Assembly (NCBI GenBank): GCA_963665325.3
Contig: OZ224045.1
Span: forward strand, 32,001-96,000
Direction: 5' to 3'
DNA: 64,000 bases
Origin: Alphaproteobacteria bacterium
GTDB lineage: Bacteria; Pseudomonadota; Alphaproteobacteria; Bin95
Part shown: one piece after another, positions 19,889-30,819 of the stretch
Numbering within the stretch: position 1 is the stretch's first letter
Layout: each line of letters opens with the position of its first letter
Position numbers and translations under genes: made by a program
Notes under the pieces: generated by a model
The model's input: the letters and a program-made list of their open reading frames with translations, nothing else
Databases searched by the model: none
What the model was told of the DNA's origin: nothing

Positions 19889-21888
19889 GAGGCGGCCGTG
19901 AAGCCCACGAGCTCAACGCCTTCCTCGACCCGGTCGCCCACCGCGAAGGGCAGGGCCTCGACCGTGCCGTCTGCCGGGGCGGCAATCGTGTGCTCCATCT
20001 TCATCGCTTCGAGCACCAGCAGCGGTGTGTCCTTGGCCACCGTCTGGCCGGCTTCCACCAGCACCCGAACGACAGTGCCCGGCATGGGCGAGGTCAGCCG
20101 CCCGCCGCCCATCTCCGCGCTCTCGGCCGCGGCGCCCGGGTCTTCGAGAAGAACTTGCCGGCGGGCGCCGCTCAGGAATATTTCGAGCCGGTTGCCGTCC
20201 GCGATGACGGCGCCGCTTCGCCGGCGGCCGTCGATCTCCGCCGTCAGGCCCCCGTCCGGGCCGCGCGCAACGTCAGCGACCGCTACAGCACATTCGCCAT
20301 TTTCCAGCCGGTAGCCGTTGCCGGTATGCACGACTTCGTATGTCGCCTTCTCGCCATTGTCGTCGAAGTCGAGCCGGTCGCGACCGGTGCCGTTGAGACG
20401 CCAGGCGTCGCTGCGGCCCCACGGCGAAAAGCGGTCCGGCGCGGCTTCCTGCCCGGCAATCCGGCGGACCGTCCTGTCTTCGAGCACGGCTATTGCCGCC
20501 ATCGCGCGCATGGCCGCCGTGTCGCCCGCAGGCGGCTCGGCCGCCGCGACATCGTGCGTCTCGATGAAATGCGTATCCAGCGCGGCTTCTGCAAAGGCCG
20601 GGTGGCGGGCCAGCGTCTCGAGGAAAAACAGGTTGGTGTTGAGACCGGCGATGCGCGTGTCGGCCAACCCGTCGGCCAGCGTCAGCCGGGCGCGCTCGCG
20701 ATCTTCGCCCCAAGCGACGACCTTGGCGATCATCGGGTCGTAGAACGGCGTGATCTCGTCTCCCGTCTCGACGCCGCTGTCGATGCGCAGGCCCGGCCGG
20801 CCTTCGGGAAAGGCGAGATGTGCAAGCCGCCCTGTCTGCGGCAGAAAGCCCCGCGCCGGGTCCTCCGCGTAGAGTCGGGCTTCGACGGCATGGCCGGTCG
20901 CCGCAATATCGTCCTGGGAGAACGCAAGCGGTTCCCCCGCGGCGATGCGAAGCTGCCATTCGACCAGATCCAGACCGGTCACCATCTCGGTCACCGGATG
21001 CTCGACCTGAAGGCGCGTGTTCATCTCGATGAAATGGAAGGCGCTGTCGTTCTCGACCAGGAATTCGACTGTGCCGGCGCCGACATAGCCGATGGCGCAT
21101 GCGAGCCTCGTGGCGGCTTCGCCCATTTCCGCCCGCAGTGTGTCTGACAGGCCGGGGGCCGGCGCCTCCTCGATGACCTTCTGGTGCCGGCGCTGGATCG
21201 AGCAGTCGCGGTCCAGCAGGTGCAGCACCGTGCCATGCGCGTCGGCCAGCACTTGTACCTCGACATGGCGCGGCCGGGCGATATAGCGCTCCAGCAGCAA
21301 CGCGCCGTCGCCGAAGGCCGCGGCGGCTTCGCGCTCCGCGGCCGCGAGCGCGGCGGCCAGGTCCTCCGCGCGCTCGACGATGCGCATTCCGCGCCCGCCG
21401 CCGCCGGCCGATGCCTTGACGAGCACCGGATAGCCGATCTCCGCTGCCGCTTCCGCCAGCCGCTCCGTCGTTGCATCCGGCTCGTGATAGCCCGGCACGA
21501 GAGGCACATTGGCATCGGCTGCGATCTTCTTCGCGGCGCTTTTCGACCCCATCGCCCGGATCGCTTCCGCCGGCGGGCCGACGAAGATCAGCCCGGCGCC
21601 CGCCACGCGCTCGGCGAATTCGGCGTTTTCGGAGAGGAAGCCATAGCCGGGATGCACCGCCTCCGCGCCGGTGCGCCGCGCCGCATCGATCAGCGCGTCG
21701 ATGTCGAGATAGCTCGCCTGCGCGCGCGCCGGGCCGATGCACACGCTCTCGTCCGCCGCCCGGACATGGGCCGCGCCGGTATCCGCTTCGGAATGGACGG
21801 CGGTGACATGCAGCCCCATGCGTCCGGCGGTGGCGGCGATGCGGCAGGCGATTTCGCCGCGATTGGCGATCAGCAGCCGCCGGAACAT
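19885..21888 (-). CDS. Biotin carboxylase/BCCP alpha subunit of an acyl-CoA carboxylase (methylcrotonyl-CoA carboxylase-like)
   Basis: LLIANRGEIA, HPGYGFLSEN, RDCSIQRRHQK, EMNTRLQVEHPVTE and biotinylation motif EAMKME. Confidence 0.9.
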   Translation of the reverse strand: MFRRLLIANRGEIACRIAATAGRMGLHVTAVHSEADTGAAHVRAADESVCIGPARAQASYLDIDALIDAARRTGAEAVHPGYGFLSENAEFAERVAGAGLIFVGPPAEAIRAMGSKSAAKKIAADANVPLVPGYHEPDATTERLAEAAAEIGYPVLVKASAGGGGRGMRIVERAEDLAAALAAAEREAAAAFGDGALLLERYIARPRHVEVQVLADAHGTVLHLLDRDCSIQRRHQKVIEEAPAPGLSDTLRAEMGEAATRLACAIGYVGAGTVEFLVENDSAFHFIEMNTRLQVEHPVTEMVTGLDLVEWQLRIAAGEPLAFSQDDIAATGHAVEARLYAEDPARGFLPQTGRLAHLAFPEGRPGLRIDSGVETGDEITPFYDPMIAKVVAWGEDRERARLTLADGLADTRIAGLNTNLFFLETLARHPAFAEAALDTHFIETHDVAAAEPPAGDTAAMRAMAAIAVLEDRTVRRIAGQEAAPDRFSPWGRSDAWRLNGTGRDRLDFDDNGEKATYEVVHTGNGYRLENGECAVAVADVARGPDGGLTAEIDGRRRSGAVIADGNRLEIFLSGARRQVLLEDPGAAAESAEMGGGRLTSPMPGTVVRVLVEAGQTVAKDTPLLVLEAMKMEHTIAAPADGTVEALPFAVGDRVEEGVELVGFTAAS

Positions 21889-21998
21889 GATGCAATCATT
21901 CGCTGGAAAGGCCCCCGCTCGACACCGCCACCATAGCGGCGGCAAAGGCGCTGCGCAAAGTGCCTGACAGGCGGCCGGCTATCCGGTAAGCAGGCGGC

Positions 21999-24131
21999 AT
22001 GATGCGAATATTGCGGTTTCTGGTCGCGGCGTTTGCGATTGCGCTGACGCCGCTTGCATCGGCGGCGCAGGAAGCGCCGGCCGGGCCGGGCGCGGCGGAA
22101 TTGGAGGCGCTGGCGGCAGAGCTTCGGGACGAGGCGAAGCGGGCCGAGATCATCCGGCGGATCGAGGCGTTGGCTGCTGCGCGGGAAGGAAGCGCGGCCG
22201 CGGAGGAGGAACCCGCGCGCGGGCCTCTGGCTTCCGTCACCGACAGCATTGTGGCTTTCGGCGGGGATGTTGCCGGGTCGCTGTCCTTCGCGTTCGATCC
22301 CGGCGTGTTCCGGCAATGGCTGGAGCAGGGATTCAACGATCCCGCAAGCGGCGCGCCCGTCTGGACGGTGCTCGGCCAGGCGTTGCTGGTCCTGCTTGCC
22401 GGACTCGTCGTCGAAATCGCGGTGCGGCGCCTTATGGCGAGCCTGCGGAGGGTGTCTTCCCGGCCCGAATCCGGAACCGTCGGCGAGCGGCTGTTGGCGG
22501 CGGCGGTAGCATTGCTGCTTGGAATCGTGCCTGTCGCGGCCTTCGCGGCCGGCAGCTTCGTTGCGCTTTCCGCTGCGGCACTGCCGCAGACGGCAGCTGA
22601 ATTGGTCCTCGCCGTCGTTTATGCGAGCAGCGCAGCGCGGCTCGCCATGCTGGCGGTGCGCGCCGGGTTGGCCCCGGATGCGGCCGGCGCACGCCTTGCG
22701 CCGCTGGAAGACGCCAGCGCCGCCGGCCTGCTTGCCTGGTTGCGCCGGCTGGTCCTCGCTGTCGTTTACGGCTGGCTCGTTTGCGAGATCGCACGCGTTT
22801 TCGCGCTGCCGTCGGCCCCTTACCGCCTGCTGGTCGATCTCGTCGGCCTGACCGTGCTGGCCGTGGCCGTCTCCATGGTGCTGCGCAACCGCACGACCGT
22901 CCGGAACCGCCTGCGCGGTAACGGGGAAGGCGTCAGGGCCCGGCTCGCCGATATCTGGCATGTCGTCGCCGTCGCCTATCTGGCGGCCGTCTTCCTCGTT
23001 TGGGCGGCTGCCGTTGAGGGCGGGTTCGCCTATGTCGGAGCCGCATCGGCCTGGACCGTCGCCGCTGTTGCCGCCGCACGGCTGGCGGACCTCGGAGTTC
23101 TGCGGCTTGTCGAAGCCGCAACGCGCTGGGAGGTCCGGGCCGACAGCCGGTTGCCCGGTGTGAAGGCGCGCGCCGACCGCTATGTGCCCGTGCTGCGCAA
23201 ATGCCTACGGTCGGCGGTCTGGCTCATCGCGGCGATTGCCGCGCTGGAAGCATGGCGCGCGCCGGTGCTGGACCTGCTGGCGGCTCCCGTGGGCGAGCGC
23301 ATTCTGGGGGCGCTGGTCCGGATTGCGCTGGTCTTCGGCCTGTTCCTCGTTCTCTGGGAGGCGCTTTGCCTCGCTATCGAGCGCTATCTGGACGCCCGGG
23401 ACGAGGACGGCAATCCGATGGAACGCAGCGGACGAGCGCGGACGCTGCTGCCGCTCCTGCGCCGAGCGAGCGCCGTCCTGCTGCTGACGGTCGGCGGCCT
23501 GACGGCCGCCTCCGAACTCGGCATCGACATAGCGCCGCTGCTGGCGGGCGTCGGCATCGCCGGCCTCGCCATCGGTTTCGGGGCGCAGACGCTGGTGAAG
23601 GACGTCATCACCGGCCTGTTCATCGTCATGGAGGACCAGGTTGCGGTTGGCGAATATGTGTCGGTGGCCGGCCATTCTGGCATAGTGGAGGCGCTTTCGA
23701 TCCGCACGATCCGGCTGCGCGACCTGTCCGGCACCGTCCATGTCGTGCCGTTCGGCGAGGTCGGCACGGTCGAGAACCTGACGCGCGACTACTCTTATGC
23801 GGTCATCGACGCGGGCGTCGGCTACGGTGAGGATACCGACCGGGTAAGCGACGTGCTGCGCGAGATCGCCGCGGGGATGGAAGGCGATGACAGCTGGCGG
23901 CACCGCGTCATCCCGCCCTTCGAGGTGTTCGGTGTGCAGGAGCTGGGCGATTCGGCCGTTGTCGTCCGCTGCCGCTTCAAGACGCCGCCCATGCAGCAAT
24001 GGGCGGTCGCCCGCGAGTTCCGGCGCCGGATGAAGAAGCGCTTCGACGAGCTCGGGATCGAGATTCCGTTCCCACACCGGACCGTCTATTTCGGCGGCGG
24101 CAAGGGACCGGAGTCTGTGCCGGAAAGCTGA
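21999..24131 (+). CDS. Large MscS-family mechanosensitive channel (YbiO-like)
   Basis: Signal peptide, many hydrophobic segments, GLAIGFGAQTLVKDVITGLF and GIEIPFP. Confidence 0.9.
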   Translation: MMRILRFLVAAFAIALTPLASAAQEAPAGPGAAELEALAAELRDEAKRAEIIRRIEALAAAREGSAAAEEEPARGPLASVTDSIVAFGGDVAGSLSFAFDPGVFRQWLEQGFNDPASGAPVWTVLGQALLVLLAGLVVEIAVRRLMASLRRVSSRPESGTVGERLLAAAVALLLGIVPVAAFAAGSFVALSAAALPQTAAELVLAVVYASSAARLAMLAVRAGLAPDAAGARLAPLEDASAAGLLAWLRRLVLAVVYGWLVCEIARVFALPSAPYRLLVDLVGLTVLAVAVSMVLRNRTTVRNRLRGNGEGVRARLADIWHVVAVAYLAAVFLVWAAAVEGGFAYVGAASAWTVAAVAAARLADLGVLRLVEAATRWEVRADSRLPGVKARADRYVPVLRKCLRSAVWLIAAIAALEAWRAPVLDLLAAPVGERILGALVRIALVFGLFLVLWEALCLAIERYLDARDEDGNPMERSGRARTLLPLLRRASAVLLLTVGGLTAASELGIDIAPLLAGVGIAGLAIGFGAQTLVKDVITGLFIVMEDQVAVGEYVSVAGHSGIVEALSIRTIRLRDLSGTVHVVPFGEVGTVENLTRDYSYAVIDAGVGYGEDTDRVSDVLREIAAGMEGDDSWRHRVIPPFEVFGVQELGDSAVVVRCRFKTPPMQQWAVAREFRRRMKKRFDELGIEIPFPHRTVYFGGGKGPESVPES

Positions 24132-24634
24132 TCCCGGAGGAACGCCAGAATCTCCGGCGCGTCCCATTCAGCCGGACCTTCGAGGCGACCGATCTCGCGG
24201 CCCTCGGCGTCGACAAGCACGGTCGTCGGCAGGATGCGGACATTCATTGCACCCCCGACCGCGTTGCGGGGGTCGAGATAGCGCTTGAGCCGGCCGATGC
24301 CGTGCTCTTCGAAGAACGGATCCACCCGTTCGGCACCGCCCCGGTCTATGGAGAGTGCGACGACCTCCAGCCGATCGCCGCCGAGCAGGCCCTGCAATCG
24401 ATCCAGCGAGGGCATTTCGCGCCGGCAGGGCGCACACCAGGTGGCCCAGAAATTCAGGACGACCAGCTTGCCGCCGAACCGGGCGAGCGTTATCTCGCCA
24501 CCATCCGGATCGGTAAAGACGGCTTCGGGCGCGGGTGCCGGCGGGTCCGTCTTCCGGTAGTTTTGCAGCCAGCCTTCCGCCGCCGCCGCGGTTCCGGCGG
24601 CGATACAGAAGACCAGAAGAAGCGAGCGCAGCAT
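24086..24634 (-). CDS. tlpA: TlpA-family thiol:disulfide oxidoreductase
   Basis: [18 protein letters not shown] and GPAEWD; divergent from argH, the usual alphaproteobacterial arrangement. Confidence 0.88.
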   Translation of the reverse strand: MLRSLLLVFCIAAGTAAAAEGWLQNYRKTDPPAPAPEAVFTDPDGGEITLARFGGKLVVLNFWATWCAPCRREMPSLDRLQGLLGGDRLEVVALSIDRGGAERVDPFFEEHGIGRLKRYLDPRNAVGGAMNVRILPTTVLVDAEGREIGRLEGPAEWDAPEILAFLRDQLSGTDSGPLPPPK

Positions 24635-26045
24635 GGCACCTTCCAGCAGTTCCGGCTCCGGCCCGCCCGCCAATACCATGTGGGGCGGACGTTTCGCCGG
24701 CGGGCCGTCGGACATCATGGCCGCGATCAACGCTTCCATCGGCTTCGACCGGCGCCTGCACGCACAGGATATCCGCGGCTCGCGCGCCCATCTGGACATG
24801 CTCGAAGCCGCGGACATCGTAAGCGCGCCGGACGCCGCGACGATCCGTGAGGGCCTCGACCGGGTCGAGCAGGAAATAGCGGCGGGCCGCTTCGTCTTCA
24901 AGCCGGAGCTTGAGGACATTCACATGAATATCGAAGCCCGGCTTGCGGAACTGGTCGGTCCCGTCGCCGGCCGCCTGCATACGGCGCGGTCGCGCAACGA
25001 CCAGGTGGCGACCGACTTCCGGCTCTGGGTACGGGACGAGATCGACGCCGTCGATGCGGCGCTCGCCGATGCACAGGCCGCCTTCATCGAGAAAGTCGAG
25101 GCCTGGCCGGACCTGCCCATGCCGGGCTTCACGCATTTGCAGAACGGCCAGCCGGTTTCCTTCGGCCACCACATGCTCGCCTATGTCGAGATGCTGGGGC
25201 GCGATCGCGGGCGTTTCGCCGACGCCCGGCGGCGCCTGAACGAGTCGCCGCTCGGCGCAGCGGCGCTGGCCGGCACGCCGTTTCCCATCGACCGGGATAT
25301 GACCGCTGCCGCGCTCGGCTTCGACCGTCCGGCAGCCAATTCGATGGATGCCGTTTCCGACCGCGACTTCGCACTGGAATTCCTGGCGGCCGGCGCGATA
25401 ACCGCGCTGCACCTGTCGCGCTTCGCGGAAGAGCTCGTGCTCTGGACCAGCGCGCAGTTCCGGTTCGTTCGTCTCTCCGACGCCTTCACCACGGGTAGCT
25501 CGATCATGCCGCAGAAGCGCAACCCGGATGCGGCGGAGCTCGTGCGCGCCAAGCCGGGGCGGCTGCTCGGCGCCTTCACTTCGCTCGCCACCATGCTCAA
25601 GGGGCTTCCGCTCGCCTACGGCAAGGACATGCAGGAGGACAAGGAGCCGACCTTCGAGGCGGCCGATTCGCTTATGCTGGCGATCGCTGCCGCCGCCGGG
25701 ATGGTGCGCGACATGGAACCCGATCCGGAGCGGCTGCGCGCAGCGGCGGCGGTCGGCCATCCCACCGCCACGGATCTTGCCGACTGGCTGGTGCGCAGGC
25801 TCGGCACGCCGTTCCGGGAGGCGCACCGCGTGACGGGGGAGCTGGTGGCCGAGGCCGACAGACGCGGGCTGCCGCTCGCGCAATTGCCGCTCGATGCCAT
25901 GCAGGCGGTTGAGGCCCGAATCGAGGAAAGCGTGTACGATGTCCTGTCCGTAGAGCGGTCGATTGCGGCGCGGACCAGCTATGGCGGCACTGCCCCGGAC
26001 AATGTGCGTGCCGCCGCAGCGGCCGCGCGGGAGCGTTTCCTGTGA
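24633..26045 (+). CDS. argH: Argininosuccinate lyase (start may be 24678)
   Basis: [39 protein letters not shown]. Confidence 0.97.
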   Translation: MAPSSSSGSGPPANTMWGGRFAGGPSDIMAAINASIGFDRRLHAQDIRGSRAHLDMLEAADIVSAPDAATIREGLDRVEQEIAAGRFVFKPELEDIHMNIEARLAELVGPVAGRLHTARSRNDQVATDFRLWVRDEIDAVDAALADAQAAFIEKVEAWPDLPMPGFTHLQNGQPVSFGHHMLAYVEMLGRDRGRFADARRRLNESPLGAAALAGTPFPIDRDMTAAALGFDRPAANSMDAVSDRDFALEFLAAGAITALHLSRFAEELVLWTSAQFRFVRLSDAFTTGSSIMPQKRNPDAAELVRAKPGRLLGAFTSLATMLKGLPLAYGKDMQEDKEPTFEAADSLMLAIAAAAGMVRDMEPDPERLRAAAAVGHPTATDLADWLVRRLGTPFREAHRVTGELVAEADRRGLPLAQLPLDAMQAVEARIEESVYDVLSVERSIAARTSYGGTAPDNVRAAAAAARERFL

Positions 26046-26050
26046 AGACC

Positions 26051-26179
26051 ATGCGCTGGATCCTGTTGTTCGCCGCGCTTGCCGCCGGCCTTGCCGCCTG
26101 CGGGCGCAAGGGCGATCTCGAACACCCGCCGGAATCGATGTCGGAGACGTCCTATCCGAGGACCTATCCGACCAAATGA
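26051..26179 (+). CDS. Small lipoprotein, LptM/YifL-like
   Basis: Hand translation MRWILLFAALAAGLAACGRKGDLEHPP...: lipobox LAAC followed by CGxKGxL, in the typical position upstream of lysA. Below the ORF-track size cut-off. Confidence 0.8.
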   Translation: MRWILLFAALAAGLAACGRKGDLEHPPESMSETSYPRTYPTK

Positions 26180-27450
26180 GGCCGTTCGGCTATATCGGCG
26201 GCGGCCTGGCGGCGGGGCAAGTCCCGCTGGCGGATATTGCGGCAGAAGTCGGCACGCCGGTCTATGTCTATTCCGCTGACGCTATCGAGGCTGCCTACCG
26301 CGAGCTTGAGACGGTGCTGGGGCCAGCGCGCATCTGCTATGCGATGAAGGCGAACGGGAACCTGGCGGTGCTGCGCCTGCTCGCCGGGTTGGGCGCGGGC
26401 GCGGATGTCGTGTCGGAAGGGGAACTCAGGCGCGCGCTTGCGGCCGGCATTGCGCCGGAGAAGATCGTCTTTTCCGGCGTTGGCAAGACCGATGCGGAGA
26501 TCGAGGCCGCACTCCGGGACGGCATTCTTCAGATCAATGTCGAGAGCGCGCCGGAGCTCCGCAGCCTTTCGGGCATCGCGGCCTCGCTCGGCCGGACCGC
26601 GTCCGTCGCCGTGCGCATCAACCCCGATGTCGATGCCGGCACGCTGGACCAGATCAGCACCGGCCGGAAAACGGACAAGTTCGGAGTCGACTGGACCGAG
26701 GCGCCGGCCCTGTTCCGCGCCGCTGCCGCGCTTCCCGGTCTGTCGATGGACGGGATTGCGGTGCATATCGGCTCGCAACTGGGCGAGCTGGAGCCGTACC
26801 GCCGCGCATTCCGCCGCGTTGCCGAACTCGTCCGGGCCTTGCGGGCCGACGGCTCCCGCATTCACCGCCTCGATCTGGGCGGCGGATTCGGCATCCGCTA
26901 TCGCGACGAGACACCGTTGCCGCTCGCCGGATATGCAAGGGTTGTCGAGGAAGAGGTCGGCGGGCTCGGATGCGAGATCGTGGTCGAACCCGGAAGGCGG
27001 CTGGTCGGGCCGGCCGGCGTATTGCTGGCGCGCGTCGTCGCAGTCAAGGAGACACCCGAGCGCCGATTCGTTATTGTCGATGCCGGCATGAACGATCTGG
27101 TCCGTCCGATGATGTACGGAGCCTGGCACGATATCCTGCCACTCGACGCCCCGCCGGCAGGAGTCGATTGCCGGCCGGCCGATGTCGTGGGTCCGGTCTG
27201 CGAAACCACGGACAAATTCGCCGACGGTCGCATGCTGCCGCCGCTGGAAGCGGGAGACCTGGTGGCATTCTGCGAAGCCGGAGCCTACGGCGCCGTCATG
27301 TCCTCGACCTATAACGGGCGCCCGCTCGTGCCGGAGGTGCTCGTGCGCGGCAGCCGGTTCGACGTCGTTCGCGCCCGTCCGACCTTCGAGGAAAGCCTGG
27401 CGCTGGAACGCCTGCCGGACTGGCTCGCGGGTCCCGGCAGAGAGAAATGA
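26176..27450 (+). CDS. lysA: Diaminopimelate decarboxylase
   Basis: GTPVYVYS, YAMKAN, HIGSQ, DLGGG, EPGR, GPVCET. Confidence 0.95.
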   Translation: MRPFGYIGGGLAAGQVPLADIAAEVGTPVYVYSADAIEAAYRELETVLGPARICYAMKANGNLAVLRLLAGLGAGADVVSEGELRRALAAGIAPEKIVFSGVGKTDAEIEAALRDGILQINVESAPELRSLSGIAASLGRTASVAVRINPDVDAGTLDQISTGRKTDKFGVDWTEAPALFRAAAALPGLSMDGIAVHIGSQLGELEPYRRAFRRVAELVRALRADGSRIHRLDLGGGFGIRYRDETPLPLAGYARVVEEEVGGLGCEIVVEPGRRLVGPAGVLLARVVAVKETPERRFVIVDAGMNDLVRPMMYGAWHDILPLDAPPAGVDCRPADVVGPVCETTDKFADGRMLPPLEAGDLVAFCEAGAYGAVMSSTYNGRPLVPEVLVRGSRFDVVRARPTFEESLALERLPDWLAGPGREK

Positions 27451-29831
27451 ATATCCGCCGGCGCATTGCCCGGGTGCGCTGGCAAGCGCGCATGGCGTTG
27501 CTCGGCCAGGCGCTCTGGTCGGCGTTCTGGCCGGGCCAGATCATACTGGGGGGGTTCCTGCTGCTGGCGCTCAGCGATGCGCTGCCGCGGCTGGGCGGCT
27601 GGCCTCATTCGACTGTGCTTGCTGCGTTGGCCGTCGCGCTCGGCTGGACGGTCTGGCGGGCCTGGCGCCGGTTCCGGCTGCCGCCGGCGGAGGCTGCCGA
27701 CCGCCAGGTCGAAAGGGCCAGCGGCCTGCGGCACCGCCCGCTGACGAGCCTTGAGGACCGCCCGGCGACGACCGGATCGGCGAGTCAGGTCCTCTGGAGT
27801 GCGCATCTCCGCCGGATCGCCGGCCAGATTCGCCGTCTGCGGGCCGGTTGGCCTGCCGGCGTGATGCCGTCGCGCGACCCTTGGGCGTTGCGCATTCTGA
27901 CGCTGGTTTGCCTGGCGACGGCGTTCGGCATGGTCGGCGGCAACGCCGGGGACCGGCTTGCGCGAGCCCTGGTGCCGTCCTTCGCCGCCGCGAGTTCGGC
28001 ACCGGTCACCGTCGATATGTGGATCGAGCCGCCCGCCTATACCGGGTGGCCCACCCTGTTCGCCGGAGGCGGGGAGACAAGCTTCGAGGTCCCGGAGGGC
28101 AGCACCGTCCATGTCCGTGTCGCCGGCATTGGCGGTGCCGCCGTGCTGGTCGCGGGACCGGACCGCGCCGTTCTGGAGAGTTCGGGCGGCGTGGCGGAAG
28201 GCGGCGCGACGATCCGGATGGGAGGGCGCATCGCGGTGGTGGTCGAAGACCATGAACTGGTCGGTTGGCCAGCCACGGTGATACCCGACAGTCCACCTCA
28301 CGCCCGGTTCGACATGCCGCCCCGGGCGACTCAACGGCACGCCTTCCGCATCGACTATGGCGGCAGCGACGATTACGGGGTTGCGGCAATGCGCGTCGAA
28401 ACGGCCCCGATCGATGAGCCGGCTGCGGAGCCTCTGGTCCTGCCCTTGCCGGTGCTGGGCGAACCGGAGGCGCCCCGGGGCAACGCCTATTTCGATCTCA
28501 CCGCGCATATCTGGGCCGGCCGCGAAGTGACCGTGCAGGTGATTGCCGTGGATGGCGCCGGACAGGAGGGGGAAGGCCCTCCGCTACCGTTCGTACTGCC
28601 GGAACGGCCGTTCGAGCATCCCGTGGCGCGGGCAGTCGTCGAGGAGCGCAAGACGTTGCGGTGGAACGGCAGGGATGCCACTGCGGAAAGGTTGGACGGG
28701 ATTGCCGCTGGCACGGAGCTATACGACGGGGACCCGGCCGTGACGGTGGCCCTCGCGGTGGCGGCCGCGCGGCTCCGCCGGGCGGAGCGGGCCGAGCCCG
28801 CTCTGGCGAGTGTGCGGAGCCTGCTCTGGAAAACGGCGCTCCGGCTGGAGGAGGGCGGTCTGGCGCTTGCGGACCGGGAGCTTCGGGCATCCCAGGAAGC
28901 CATTATGCGCGCGCTTGAGGAAGGCGCGCCGGCGGAGGAGATCGACAGGCTTTTCGATGAGCTGCGCCGGTCGATCGACCGGCTGTTGCAGGAACTCGCC
29001 CTGAGGGCCGGGGAAACCGGCAACGAGACTGGGCCGGGTCCCGAGGGGCAAGGGCAGGACCGTCTGATCGACCGCGAGGGATTGCAACAGATGGTCGAGC
29101 GCATCCGCCGGCTTTGGGAGGCGGGTGCGCGGGACGAAGCGAGGGAAATGCTTTCGCAACTCCAGAACATTTTGGAGAACATCCGCCTGGCGCGCATGGG
29201 CGAAGGTCAGGCTGAGCGCCAGGCCGAAATGTTAAACAAGCTCAAGCAGCTGAGAGAGCTGGGGCGGGACCAGCAGCGCTTGCTCGACCGCACTTTCAGG
29301 CGCGGACGCCCGCCGCCGACGGGACCGCGCCAGGGGCCGCAGGGCAGTCGGCCGGGTGCAGAGAGCGGGTATCCGGACCTGCAGCAGGCACAGGAAGGGC
29401 TGCGCCGGCGCCTCGGAAACTATATGCGGCGTCTGGGGGCGGGTGCGGGCCGTGTGTCCGAGGAACTCGGCCGGGCGGACCGGTCGATGCGCGATGCCTC
29501 GGGCGCGCTCCGGTCGGGCAAACATGGCGAGGCGCTCGAAGCCCAGGGACAGGTCTTGCGCGACCTCCAGAAAGCAGGCGATGAAATGCTCCGGGACTTT
29601 GCGCGCGACGGCAGCGGGCACGGCGGCATTACCGGCGGCCAGTCGGAGTTCGATCCGCTCGGCCGTCGCGACGGCGGCTTCATGCCGGACGGCAGCGATG
29701 TCGTCTTGCCCGGGGAGGAGAGTTTCCAGCGCGCCCGCCATATCCGCGACGAATTGCGCCGGCGCGTCGGCGACGAAAACCGCCCGCCGCCGGAGCGCGA
29801 CTATATCGAAAGGCTGCTTCACAGGTTTTAG
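27447..29831 (+). CDS. TIGR02302/DUF4175 family protein
   Basis: RDPWALR, WIEPPAYTG, DDYGV, DLTAHIWAG, LPERPFEHPVARA, DPLGR, ERDYIERLL; directly downstream of lysA. Confidence 0.85.
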   Translation: MNIRRRIARVRWQARMALLGQALWSAFWPGQIILGGFLLLALSDALPRLGGWPHSTVLAALAVALGWTVWRAWRRFRLPPAEAADRQVERASGLRHRPLTSLEDRPATTGSASQVLWSAHLRRIAGQIRRLRAGWPAGVMPSRDPWALRILTLVCLATAFGMVGGNAGDRLARALVPSFAAASSAPVTVDMWIEPPAYTGWPTLFAGGGETSFEVPEGSTVHVRVAGIGGAAVLVAGPDRAVLESSGGVAEGGATIRMGGRIAVVVEDHELVGWPATVIPDSPPHARFDMPPRATQRHAFRIDYGGSDDYGVAAMRVETAPIDEPAAEPLVLPLPVLGEPEAPRGNAYFDLTAHIWAGREVTVQVIAVDGAGQEGEGPPLPFVLPERPFEHPVARAVVEERKTLRWNGRDATAERLDGIAAGTELYDGDPAVTVALAVAAARLRRAERAEPALASVRSLLWKTALRLEEGGLALADRELRASQEAIMRALEEGAPAEEIDRLFDELRRSIDRLLQELALRAGETGNETGPGPEGQGQDRLIDREGLQQMVERIRRLWEAGARDEAREMLSQLQNILENIRLARMGEGQAERQAEMLNKLKQLRELGRDQQRLLDRTFRRGRPPPTGPRQGPQGSRPGAESGYPDLQQAQEGLRRRLGNYMRRLGAGAGRVSEELGRADRSMRDASGALRSGKHGEALEAQGQVLRDLQKAGDEMLRDFARDGSGHGGITGGQSEFDPLGRRDGGFMPDGSDVVLPGEESFQRARHIRDELRRRVGDENRPPPERDYIERLLHRF

Positions 29832-29895
29832 CGGCGCGACTGTCGGGCTAAGACTGCCCGGTCTCAACACACGAAGCATGGAAGGACTGGGACAC

Positions 29896-30813
29896 ATGTC
29901 CGACGGAGTATTGGAAGGCAAGGTTGTTCTTGTGACGGGGGCGGGCCGGGGCATCGGGCGCGAGGTCGCGGTGCTGGCGGCTCGCGAGGGCGCGCGGGTG
30001 GTCGTGAACGATCTCGGCGGCGATGTCGGCGGCGCGGGAGCGGATGCGACGCCGGCGCAGGAAACCGTCGCCATGATCGAGGGCGCGGGCGGTGAGGCGG
30101 TCGTCAACGGCGACAGCGTTGCCGACTACGAGGCGGCGGGCCGGATGGTAGGCCAGGCGGTGGAGACCTTCGGGCGCATCGACGGGGTCGTGAACGTGGC
30201 CGGCATCCTGCGCGACGTGATTTTCCACAAGATGAGCGAGGCGGACTGGGATTCGGTGATCTCGGTGCACCTCAAGGGCTCGTTCAATGTGGCGCGCAAT
30301 GCGGCGGACCATTTCCGGGCGCAGGAATCGGGCGCGATGGTGCATTTCACCTCGACCTCGGGGCTGATCGGCAATTTCGGCCAGGCGAACTATGCCGCGG
30401 CGAAGATGGGAATCGTGGGGCTGTCGAAGTCGATTGCGCTCGACATGCAGCGTTTCAATGTGCGCTCCAACTGCATGTCCCCCTTCGCCTGGACACGCAT
30501 GATCGGCACGATTCCGTCCAATACGCCGGAGCAGGAGGCGCGGCTCGCCAAGATCAAGCAGATGACGCCCGCCCAGATTGCGCCGATGGTGATCTACCTG
30601 CTCTCGGACCTCGCGAGCGGTGTCACCGGCCAGATTTTCGGTAGCCGCATGAACGAGCAGATCCTGTTCAATCAGAACCGCCCCGTGCGCTCCGTGCATC
30701 GCAGCGAAGGATGGACGCCCGCCGAAATCCACGAACACGCCATGCCGGCGTTGACGGCCGCGTTCACGCCCAACGAACGCTCGGGCGATGTCTTCAACTG
30801 GGACCCGATCTGA
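29896..30813 (+). CDS. Short-chain dehydrogenase/reductase (3-hydroxyacyl-CoA dehydrogenase-like)
   Basis: TGAGRGIG, VVVNDLG, AGILRD, GNFGQANYAAAK. Confidence 0.9.
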   Translation: MSDGVLEGKVVLVTGAGRGIGREVAVLAAREGARVVVNDLGGDVGGAGADATPAQETVAMIEGAGGEAVVNGDSVADYEAAGRMVGQAVETFGRIDGVVNVAGILRDVIFHKMSEADWDSVISVHLKGSFNVARNAADHFRAQESGAMVHFTSTSGLIGNFGQANYAAAKMGIVGLSKSIALDMQRFNVRSNCMSPFAWTRMIGTIPSNTPEQEARLAKIKQMTPAQIAPMVIYLLSDLASGVTGQIFGSRMNEQILFNQNRPVRSVHRSEGWTPAEIHEHAMPALTAAFTPNERSGDVFNWDPI

Positions 30814-30819
30814 TCGGGC

